From a virus, in IMG/VR virus record IMGVR_UViG_3300030110_004304, positions 27,346 through 91,345 of that record: a DNA stretch of 64,000 bases, one strand, 5' to 3'. A program made the position numbers and the translations under genes. Positions 1-8,834 of this stretch are shown piece after piece. The number at the start of each line of letters is the position of its first letter. The first letter of the stretch is position 1. Under the pieces are notes generated by a model that was not told the origin of the DNA, searched no databases, and saw only the letters and a list, made by a program, of their open reading frames with translations.

Positions 1-205
1 TGGACATTGTTGGTCTACTACTTCTTTTCCAAGTATAGGAACTCCAGGAGTTATTGTAGATTCTAAAGGAACAGTTGCAGCCCCATTGGCGTATTCAACT
101 AATGCTACCGGCCTAACACCTGCTACTACATATTACGTACGAGCTTTTGCAACTACAGCAACAGGTACAGTATACAGTAATCAAATTACCTTTAATACTT
201 TATAA
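1..205 (+). CDS. 3' end of a fibronectin type III (FN3) domain protein, partial; probably virion/tail-associated
   Basis: The frame starting at base 2 reads GHCWST...GLTPATTYYVRAFATTATGTVYSNQITFNTL* (TAA 203-205). LxPxTTYYVRAFA...G..YS is a typical Bacteroidota-type FN3 signature. Not in the ORF track. Confidence 0.75.
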   Translation, partial: GHCWSTTSFPSIGTPGVIVDSKGTVAAPLAYSTNATGLTPATTYYVRAFATTATGTVYSNQITFNTL

Positions 206-214
206 CTATAGTAT

Positions 215-3200
215 ATGGCAATGAAAAAACATAATAACACTTATGGTAAAGGCCTAAATGTTGATACCGCTTTTGATAGCATGCCTGCCAATATGTATAT
301 CGATGCTATGGATGTTAGAATAACAACTGCAGACGGAGAAAGCACAGGGGCTATAACTAATCTTCAAGGTAACGAAGAAGCTTTTAAAATAAACCAAGCC
401 GGTGCAACAGGATTAAAAGAAATAATAGGAGTAGGATTTATTAGAAATATTATAATTCTTTTCTGTGCAGATGATACTGGGACTAATGGTTGGATGTATT
501 ATGTAACTTATGACGAACAAACTAGAAAAATAACTAGTGGAGCTCAGGCTCCTCTTTTGTATGATGGTGATGGAAACCCTAACTTATTAGGTTTCAGCAA
601 AGACTGGCCAATAGAAGCCCAAGGAAGATATGAATCTGATTGCGTACAAAGAATATATTGGACAGATTATAACAACTCACTAAGAAGTTTATTAATTGAA
701 GATTTTACAAGTATTCCAGCTGGAGGATTATCATTAGACATTAGTGTAATTGATATATTTCCTGAAGTAACATACACACAGCCAATATTAACTAATGTTG
801 CTTTTGGGGGAACACTTCTTGCAGGAGAGTACCAATTTGCATATAGACTAATTACAGAAGACGGTAAACAAACTTTAATATCTCCTCCTGGAAACCTAAT
901 ACATCTAACAAGCGACTCAGAAGCTACTAGTACTAGTAGACGATATATGGGAGATCCCAAAGGTACTAATACTAATAAAAGTTTAGAAATTACAATAGAC
1001 ACAAGTGATTATGTAAATAAATTTGAAAGAATAGAATTAATATCAGTATTCTTTGAAGAATATGGGGGCACTCCTTTAGTACAATCTGTCGAAACTCAAG
1101 GAATAGGAGTATTAACTGAAATAAATTTTATTTATACAGGCCAAGAAAACACAATAGTAGATTTACCTTTAGCAGAGTTTGCTATTAAAGTATATCCTTT
1201 TAGCACCTGCAAAACAATGGTCCCTAAAGATAACTCTTTAGTTGTTGCTAATATAAAACAAACTAAGTTTGATATAAACGAATTATTAGAACCAGGAGAG
1301 ACTTTAGATTTAATGACAAAAAGATATAATAGTAGTAGTGAGTTACCTTTTACAGACGGACTAGTTAATCCGCTGGCACTTGTGCCAGGTACTCTTTACG
1401 AAGAAAAAGATGAAGTATTTAATCTTCCTTATAATCTAGATCAACATTGGGAAGGACCTTGGCACGAAGAACAACAATTTAAATATCAAGCTGATGGTTC
1501 TACTATGGGGGGACAATCTTTAGACGATGGTGTGAATCCTTCTAATCTATCCTATAAGTTTGCCCTAAGTCTTGATATAATAGATGACAGTAGTCAACCA
1601 GGTTTAGCAGAATTAACCAATACCTTTCCAAATGAGATTATTAATCTAAATGATGGTTATACGTACACTAATAAAAGTTTTCGCTCTAAAGCATCTCCCT
1701 ACAAAAGTGGATTAACCAGAGGCTATAAAAGAGGAGAAGTTTATCGTTTTGGTGTAGTATTTTATAATAAAAAAGGAGAGTCTTCTTATGTAGAATATAT
1801 TGGTGATATTAAGATGCCTGATATTTCAGAAGAAGCAGGCTATACAACAGTGACCGTTCCTGGTCCTGGAGCTAAAGACTTTTTTCCTATATCTTCAGCT
1901 GCATCTAGTGGTGCTACAGTTCCAAACGATTATACTTATGGTCATGATTTAGGATTAAAAATAGATTTAGATTTTACATCTTGTCCTAGTATATTAGACA
2001 AAATAACTTCTTTCCAAATAGTAAGATGTAAAAGAACAGATGTTGATAAAAGAAGACCCGCTTCTGGTATAATTAAATCATATCATTTTCCAGATATAGG
2101 TTCAAACCCACATTACGATCCTGATCCAGAAGATAGAGAAGGTTATGAATGGGACAGTCCCGATGGAAATATTTTACATTTATATTGGACAAAACCCACT
2201 GGCTTTATGCCATCTGAGAGTGGAAAACCTTTTGCTGGTAGTTGGTATTCTTTTAATAATAATTGGAACACATATCGAAGATTTTCAGCTGATGAAAACT
2301 ATAGTCCAATATATGGAGATTTCTTAGCTTTCTACAGTCCTGAAGTATCTTATAATTTTAACAGACAAAATCTTGAAGGAGCTGGAAAAGCACTTTTAAT
2401 TACAGGTTCATATGCTGACTACGGCCTTATTTGGCAAGGTGCATCATCTACTACTAGATATTATACTAGTACTCTACATGATGAAATTTATGGAACTAAT
2501 CAAAATAATCAAGAATTAGGATGTGACATATGGGAACAATATTTTAAAGTACGAACAACTAATAGAATAGATAGAGAAACCGTAGCTGAACAACCAGATG
2601 GTACTCTAGATACTGTATATGATGGAGGAGCAGGTTATCCAATATCATATAGAGGAATAGAATATGTAAGACAATTTAACAATGCTGGCGTATTCACAGA
2701 TTTTGAAAAGGCTCAAGAAGATGTTGAACGAGGAGATAGAATGAGTAAAATTATAAAAACGTATGGTCCTCTAGTTTCGAGCCCTCCTACTCCTACTTCT
2801 TTTTATATAAGACCTGTTTATGTTTTTGTAGGAAATGAAGGAGCTGTTGGAACAGATGATCCTGATGATTGTCCTTGTGCAGTATCTCAACCAGGTCGTA
2901 GTCTTGGTGGTAATAATTGTGGATATGGAGGAATAGGAAGAGGATCAGTCTGCTTAACAGTGAATACTACTAATATATTTACCAATCCTTATACAAGTAA
3001 TCCCGTTGTTGTTGGATCAACTGGAGTTGCTTTTCCTACAACTCCTACTAATGCTGTTGCTGGATCAGTAACCGATCCATGTTTTGGAGGTCCTAGCACA
3101 TGGACAGGTAGTTTTGGTTATGTTTGGCCAGAGTTTCCTGATCAAAATTTTATCCCCAGTCCTTCAGGCAATGATTTTTTAAACAACATTATGAATACTC

Positions 3201-5083
3201 CAGTAGTAGACGTTATGTTGTTTAAGCAAGAAATTTACGGAGGATATACTAACTCTGCTTTACAGAATAATATATTTGTTCCCTGTTCGCCTGTAGTTAC
3301 AACAGCACCTGTAATATCTAATTTAGAAGTTTACGGAGGAGATACTTTTATAGGAATGTATAGTATGCAAACAAGAAGTATGATTCTAGATGAGTATCCT
3401 TTTCCTAATGGATTTACAGCAGGTAATGATGAGTATAGATATGAAGCCAATGGAGGTTGCACGGAAGCTATTCCAGTAGAAACCCAAGTAAATTTAGACT
3501 TAGCTATGGGAGGTACTTATAAAACTAATTCACAAGCTTATTGGGTCTATTCTGGAGTTGCAGAAATAGAAGGATTCCTTAGACAAGAAGTAGGTAATTT
3601 ATCTGATTCAGGGGGTAGTGGTACTTGGGCTAAAGTAAACGATGCGTATAACAATGCTTATAATCAAGTATACTCAGTAGAGCCTGCAGATAATACTTTA
3701 GGATTTTTCATCAAGCCTGGAAGTGCAACTGGTTGTGGAATAAATGATATTAGAGCATTCTTATCGGATGTTAAGATAAACGAAGAAGAAGTAGATTCTT
3801 GGTCTATATTTAGAGCCAATAATTATTATGATATAGAAGCTCAGTTTGGGCCCATAAATAAAATAGAAAATTGGAGAGACGAAGTATTCTTTTTCCAAGA
3901 TACTGGCGTAGGAAAGTATAGTATAAACCCAAGAGCAGTAACAACAACAGAAGATGGTATACCTACGCAATTAGGTTCTGGACAAGGATTCCAACATCAC
4001 CAATATCTAAGTACTGAAAACGGATCTATACATCAGTGGGCAGTAAAAGCTACAGATACTGGAATATACTACTTCGATGCTATGAATAAAAAGATATTCA
4101 GAATAGGTGGCCAAGGAAACGAGCCTCTTTCAACTATGAAAGGTATGCACGGTTTCTTAGCTAATTTTAATGGAACAGTATTAAGAAGAAAAGAAACTGA
4201 TCAAGCTATAAGTTTAGGAGGAGATAATCCAATACAGAATAGAGGCGTTGTATTTTCTAGAGACCAACAAAACGATGAAGTACTAATGACTTTCTTAGGA
4301 ATGTATAAAGTAGTAGGATTAACTAATAACATTAACTATGAAGCAGGTACTATTGTACAAATAACTCCTGGTGGCGGAGGAACAATACAATATTGGATAG
4401 TGTATGAAAGCTACACAAGTGATCCCGCTGCTTCCTCTCCAGCACTACAAGCAGAACTATCCACTAAAGCTAGTTGGGTAGATACAGATACTAGAGAAGG
4501 TAGGTTATTATATAGTATCTTACAAAAAGGAGATGGAGGAAAAAGTACTTTAGTATTTGATGAGGTTGCCCAAGCATTCTCTTCATTCTATTCTTCTACT
4601 CCAGGACTTTATATAGAAAATAGCAATATTTTAATGAGTGCGAAAAAATCTAAAGAAGGAGATGAGTTTATAGCCTACACTCATAATAAAGGAAAGTACG
4701 GAGAGTTCTATGGAAGTATTGAAGAAAGTAGTATAAGCTTAGTTATAAATCCAGATGCTGATATAAACAAAATACTTAGATTTATAGAATTTGGTTCTCA
4801 GGTAAAAGAAATAGGAGGAGACATAGATAGGAGTACTACTATCACTGCTTTTAGAGTAGAAAACGAGTACCAGGACACTACTAAAACTGCTTACAGCCCA
4901 AGTAATATAAAAAGAAGATTTGATAAATGGAGAGTTAAATTGCCTAGAGATCAGAAAAGTTCTTCAAAAAGAGGACGTTTAAGAAGTACTCATTTTGTTT
5001 TAACTTTGTATTTTAATAACTTAGATAACAAGGAGTTAGTACTTAATAGGATAACTTCTCACTATGATGTACAGGTATACTAA
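215..5083 (+). CDS. crAss-like tail stabilisation/hub protein (P22 gp10-like)
   Basis: 1622 aa with RIYWTDYNN, GYKRGEVYRFGVVFY, FGPINKI...FFQD, YYFDA and IKRRFDKW motifs typical of crAss-like tail stabilisation proteins; lies upstream of the cargo/RNAP genes. Confidence 0.75.
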   Translation: MAMKKHNNTYGKGLNVDTAFDSMPANMYIDAMDVRITTADGESTGAITNLQGNEEAFKINQAGATGLKEIIGVGFIRNIIILFCADDTGTNGWMYYVTYDEQTRKITSGAQAPLLYDGDGNPNLLGFSKDWPIEAQGRYESDCVQRIYWTDYNNSLRSLLIEDFTSIPAGGLSLDISVIDIFPEVTYTQPILTNVAFGGTLLAGEYQFAYRLITEDGKQTLISPPGNLIHLTSDSEATSTSRRYMGDPKGTNTNKSLEITIDTSDYVNKFERIELISVFFEEYGGTPLVQSVETQGIGVLTEINFIYTGQENTIVDLPLAEFAIKVYPFSTCKTMVPKDNSLVVANIKQTKFDINELLEPGETLDLMTKRYNSSSELPFTDGLVNPLALVPGTLYEEKDEVFNLPYNLDQHWEGPWHEEQQFKYQADGSTMGGQSLDDGVNPSNLSYKFALSLDIIDDSSQPGLAELTNTFPNEIINLNDGYTYTNKSFRSKASPYKSGLTRGYKRGEVYRFGVVFYNKKGESSYVEYIGDIKMPDISEEAGYTTVTVPGPGAKDFFPISSAASSGATVPNDYTYGHDLGLKIDLDFTSCPSILDKITSFQIVRCKRTDVDKRRPASGIIKSYHFPDIGSNPHYDPDPEDREGYEWDSPDGNILHLYWTKPTGFMPSESGKPFAGSWYSFNNNWNTYRRFSADENYSPIYGDFLAFYSPEVSYNFNRQNLEGAGKALLITGSYADYGLIWQGASSTTRYYTSTLHDEIYGTNQNNQELGCDIWEQYFKVRTTNRIDRETVAEQPDGTLDTVYDGGAGYPISYRGIEYVRQFNNAGVFTDFEKAQEDVERGDRMSKIIKTYGPLVSSPPTPTSFYIRPVYVFVGNEGAVGTDDPDDCPCAVSQPGRSLGGNNCGYGGIGRGSVCLTVNTTNIFTNPYTSNPVVVGSTGVAFPTTPTNAVAGSVTDPCFGGPSTWTGSFGYVWPEFPDQNFIPSPSGNDFLNNIMNTPVVDVMLFKQEIYGGYTNSALQNNIFVPCSPVVTTAPVISNLEVYGGDTFIGMYSMQTRSMILDEYPFPNGFTAGNDEYRYEANGGCTEAIPVETQVNLDLAMGGTYKTNSQAYWVYSGVAEIEGFLRQEVGNLSDSGGSGTWAKVNDAYNNAYNQVYSVEPADNTLGFFIKPGSATGCGINDIRAFLSDVKINEEEVDSWSIFRANNYYDIEAQFGPINKIENWRDEVFFFQDTGVGKYSINPRAVTTTEDGIPTQLGSGQGFQHHQYLSTENGSIHQWAVKATDTGIYYFDAMNKKIFRIGGQGNEPLSTMKGMHGFLANFNGTVLRRKETDQAISLGGDNPIQNRGVVFSRDQQNDEVLMTFLGMYKVVGLTNNINYEAGTIVQITPGGGGTIQYWIVYESYTSDPAASSPALQAELSTKASWVDTDTREGRLLYSILQKGDGGKSTLVFDEVAQAFSSFYSSTPGLYIENSNILMSAKKSKEGDEFIAYTHNKGKYGEFYGSIEESSISLVINPDADINKILRFIEFGSQVKEIGGDIDRSTTITAFRVENEYQDTTKTAYSPSNIKRRFDKWRVKLPRDQKSSSKRGRLRSTHFVLTLYFNNLDNKELVLNRITSHYDVQVY

Positions 5084-5089
5084 TTAAAA

Positions 5090-8000
5090 ATGGATAAGAT
5101 AAGAAAATATAAACACGGCGGAGAGCCTCTTTCAAATACAAGGAGGATAGAACCTACTGTGTCTTATTTGCACTATTTAAACAACCAGAATGAATTTGCA
5201 TACGGAGGAGAAGTAAACCCGCCAGAAGGAGAAGATTTAGGAATGTCTAAAGAAGATTTTATTAGAAGGGTTAAAACTGGAAAAAGTAGTATACCTACTC
5301 AAGCACTTCAGAATCAAGTAGACTTTTTAAATCACCCTTTCTATCAACAAAATGCTAGAAATGTATGGGGAGAAGATGCTAATCAAAATATAGCAAACCA
5401 AATTGATAGGATGAAGAGTGCTAAAGTAACACTAGAATCCAATTTAGGAAATGCTGCCGGAATGTTTCATCCACCTGGTATCATGAAGGGTAATGAGAGG
5501 GGTCATATAAAACTTTTAGAAAGCACTGATCCGTCTGAAAAACTTCATACTATGGAGCACGAACTAGGACATGCGTCTGATACAGGCAAAGCTTCTCATT
5601 GGTGGGATTATAATGACCCTGCTCGTACATATATAACAGATGACTTTGATAATGTAGTACAAAGGGGTGATGAAGATCCTTTAGCTAAAATGGAACCAGA
5701 ATTTGGAAGTTATTATGATTTAACGCTAACTAATCCATACTATGACTCCCAAGATCCAGATTATTTAAAAGTACCAACAGAATTTAGAACAAGATTAAAC
5801 CATGTTAAAAAATTAATGGCTAATGATAATTTTAACTGGAACGAAAAATCTGCTGAAGAAATTGCTAATTACATGCAAGAAAAAAAATTAGATAATAATA
5901 TAAGCGACGCAGCAAGAAGCGAGTTACAACAGTTTTCACAATACAATCGAGAAGATGTAGATCAGTATCTGGACTATGGCGATGTTTACAGAGATTTTTT
6001 AAGTGAGGAAAATAGAAAAGGTAAAGAAGGAAAAGACTTTAGAAAACTTTGGAGACAAGGTGTTAGAACACCAGAAGAATTTATAAATGCTCACCCGTGG
6101 TATAAAAAAATGTTTCACAAAGAAGAAATAGAACAAATACTAGAAGATAAAGATGGAGATGGTAAAGCTGATTTCGAAATTTTAGATGATTATAAAGGTA
6201 GGCAACAAAACAGAGCGTTTTTAGACAAGGTATTTAAAGAACTTGCTCAAGAAAAGAATATACCAGATAATAGTTACAGAGTAGCTAGAAACGGAGGAAA
6301 GCCTTATCCAGGACCTCCTTATTATCCTTATCACAGTGCAAATCTTAAAGTAGATAAAAGCTACGATAAGAATCATGTACAACCTAGTGTATTTCCTAAT
6401 GGTGGAGAACTAGTTACAATAGGAGATAAGACATATAATACGTCTAGTAAAGAATATAGAAAGTTAGTAGAATCTGGTAAAGTTAAACCGTACACTACAG
6501 ATACTAAATCAGGAATAGGGGCATTTGATTATGGAAACCTTCCAGATTTTGAAGTAACAGCACCTACGCAAGAAGCTGTAGATATGGCTAAAAGTGCTTT
6601 TAATAGAAGTAAACAAGGGCAAGCTAAACAGCAAAACACACAAAATTTTCTAAATAATAACAGATATCGTTATCCTGAAAGTGGTGCTACAAAAGGGATA
6701 GTAGAATCAATGGTAGAAGGAGTTATAGATAATCCTAATAACTTAAGTTATTATCCAGGTGCAGGAGAACTTTATGATGCAGCACATTTAGGATATAGTT
6801 TAAGACAAGGAAATTATGGAGACGCTGCTTTTGATGCAGCTGCATTTACAATTCCTTTTGTAGGAGGAGCCGCAATTAAAAAGTTTGTAAAGCCTTATTT
6901 AAAAAATGCATATAAATACAATCCTTTTGCAACAAATTTAGAATCAAAAATTGCTAAAGAAAATTTATTAGCTCGTCAAATATATGGAGATGAAGCATAC
7001 GAAAACTTTTTAAAACATGGACCAGCAACTGAGTACGGTAAAAATGTACCTAGACATAAACAAATACATGATTGGCTAAATGCTGATGTAGAAGATGTTT
7101 CGATTATAAGCAAGGGGGGAAAGAATGAAGGTAAACTTACAGTCGCTTCTACTATGACAGAAGATAGAAATTTTAAATATCCTTATTTTCAAAAAGGTAA
7201 CTTATTCTTTGGTCCCAATGAAAGAGCATTATATAATGCTGATATGGGTAAAGGTAGAGTAATAATTCCTAAAGATGTCAATGCTAAAAGTTTTTATCCA
7301 GCAGGTGAAACAAGTTTTATCAGAAATGTTGATACTGCTCCAGAATCTGCTGTTAAAAGGTATTCAGGAGAAAAACATATATTATCACCTTTTGACAAAA
7401 ATGCTTTTAATCCTAAAGCTTTTGATGTTTACGAAGAAACTCCTCATTGGTTGATGGGCAATAGAAAAATACAAAGACATGGTGGTCCTACAGATCCTGA
7501 TAAAGAGTATTTAAAAAATTGGAATAAAGCCAGACTAAAAACAGGTAGATTTAATGACCAACTAGGATCCGGAAGAATAGAAGGGCTTAATCAAAATATT
7601 GATGAGGTCGAAAGAGTTTCGAGAGCAGAGATGTCAAAATTAATAGGAGAAAATCCAAATAGTAGAGGAATGTATTATAGAGACCCTGAAAAAGGTATGC
7701 ATACATACTTTTCGGAACCTACTTTTTTACAAGAACTTACTAATTATTTTGGAGGAATGCCCCAAACAAATCTTCACGAATTAACACATGCTATGACAAA
7801 AGCAAGTAGTCATATTCCTGGAGAAGAATCTACTGGCCAAATAAAAGCAATACAAAATATACCTTTAGGAACAGGAGAATACTATGGTTCAAAATATAGT
7901 AAGATGTCGCCGGAAGGTAAATATGACGTAGGGCCTTATGGATATGATGGAGATGCTGAAGAAATTTTAGCACAACTTATGGAATATCGTAAGAATTTTA

Positions 8001-8824
8001 ATGTAGACCCTAATAGAATTTTTACTGAAGATGACATCGAAGAAGTGATGGAAAATGTAAAAAAACAAGGAGCAAGAGGTTTATTCGGTTTAGAGGTATA
8101 TAAGCCTAAAGAACTAATAAGATTAATGAATGAAGTTGCTATGGTAGACGATAAAAAATCAGATATCAATATGGCAAGAAACGGAGGTCCAACAGATCCT
8201 CCAAAAAAAGAATTAGAAATCCAACCAGCTGTTACTTCAACAACTTATGTAGATAAGCCAGTATTTGATAGAAATGCGTTTTCAGCAAAAATAGTTAAAG
8301 AGCTAGGAATAAAGCCGGACACTTCAAATGAAAAATACCACGAAACTGCAAAATCGTATGTAGAAAATGAAAAAGTAATAGATAGAGAACCAATAAGCGG
8401 CCTTAGAAGCTTGCTTCCTTATCCTTGTTATGACTATACATGTGTAGAGCTTCTTAAAGATGCAGATAAAGATATAGGAAGGAACTCTATACCGGGGAAT
8501 ATAAATAATAATAGGCAACTAAGAGAGTATTTATTAAACAACCCTAATTACACTACAGTACATCGTGATAGTACAAAACCTGGTGATTTAATACAATATT
8601 ATGATCCTGCTAGTAATAATTATCCTTATCATGCGGGTATAGTTGATACAGATTCTTCGTATATTAGCAGTGGTGGGGGCACGCCTTATTTTCCGATTGG
8701 TAATCCTGTAGAGGTTAAAGGGCTAAAAACTTATAATACTTTAGACGGAGATCAACCAGGTACTGAGTGGTATGGTGAGTCAAAAGATCCTTATTATGCT
8801 TATAGATATATAGAACAAGATTAA
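5090..8824 (+). CDS. Mosaic virion cargo-like polyprotein: two zincin (HExxH) modules, a pre-toxin/ART-like module and a C-terminal NlpC/P60-like module
   Basis: HELGH (5558-5572) and HELTH (7775-7789), each followed by a downstream Glu; C..C...PGDLIQY...HAGIV at the C-terminus; six xxGG punctuation motifs. Confidence 0.65.
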   Translation: MDKIRKYKHGGEPLSNTRRIEPTVSYLHYLNNQNEFAYGGEVNPPEGEDLGMSKEDFIRRVKTGKSSIPTQALQNQVDFLNHPFYQQNARNVWGEDANQNIANQIDRMKSAKVTLESNLGNAAGMFHPPGIMKGNERGHIKLLESTDPSEKLHTMEHELGHASDTGKASHWWDYNDPARTYITDDFDNVVQRGDEDPLAKMEPEFGSYYDLTLTNPYYDSQDPDYLKVPTEFRTRLNHVKKLMANDNFNWNEKSAEEIANYMQEKKLDNNISDAARSELQQFSQYNREDVDQYLDYGDVYRDFLSEENRKGKEGKDFRKLWRQGVRTPEEFINAHPWYKKMFHKEEIEQILEDKDGDGKADFEILDDYKGRQQNRAFLDKVFKELAQEKNIPDNSYRVARNGGKPYPGPPYYPYHSANLKVDKSYDKNHVQPSVFPNGGELVTIGDKTYNTSSKEYRKLVESGKVKPYTTDTKSGIGAFDYGNLPDFEVTAPTQEAVDMAKSAFNRSKQGQAKQQNTQNFLNNNRYRYPESGATKGIVESMVEGVIDNPNNLSYYPGAGELYDAAHLGYSLRQGNYGDAAFDAAAFTIPFVGGAAIKKFVKPYLKNAYKYNPFATNLESKIAKENLLARQIYGDEAYENFLKHGPATEYGKNVPRHKQIHDWLNADVEDVSIISKGGKNEGKLTVASTMTEDRNFKYPYFQKGNLFFGPNERALYNADMGKGRVIIPKDVNAKSFYPAGETSFIRNVDTAPESAVKRYSGEKHILSPFDKNAFNPKAFDVYEETPHWLMGNRKIQRHGGPTDPDKEYLKNWNKARLKTGRFNDQLGSGRIEGLNQNIDEVERVSRAEMSKLIGENPNSRGMYYRDPEKGMHTYFSEPTFLQELTNYFGGMPQTNLHELTHAMTKASSHIPGEESTGQIKAIQNIPLGTGEYYGSKYSKMSPEGKYDVGPYGYDGDAEEILAQLMEYRKNFNVDPNRIFTEDDIEEVMENVKKQGARGLFGLEVYKPKELIRLMNEVAMVDDKKSDINMARNGGPTDPPKKELEIQPAVTSTTYVDKPVFDRNAFSAKIVKELGIKPDTSNEKYHETAKSYVENEKVIDREPISGLRSLLPYPCYDYTCVELLKDADKDIGRNSIPGNINNNRQLREYLLNNPNYTTVHRDSTKPGDLIQYYDPASNNYPYHAGIVDTDSSYISSGGGTPYFPIGNPVEVKGLKTYNTLDGDQPGTEWYGESKDPYYAYRYIEQD

Positions 8825-8834
8825 AATTAATGTT

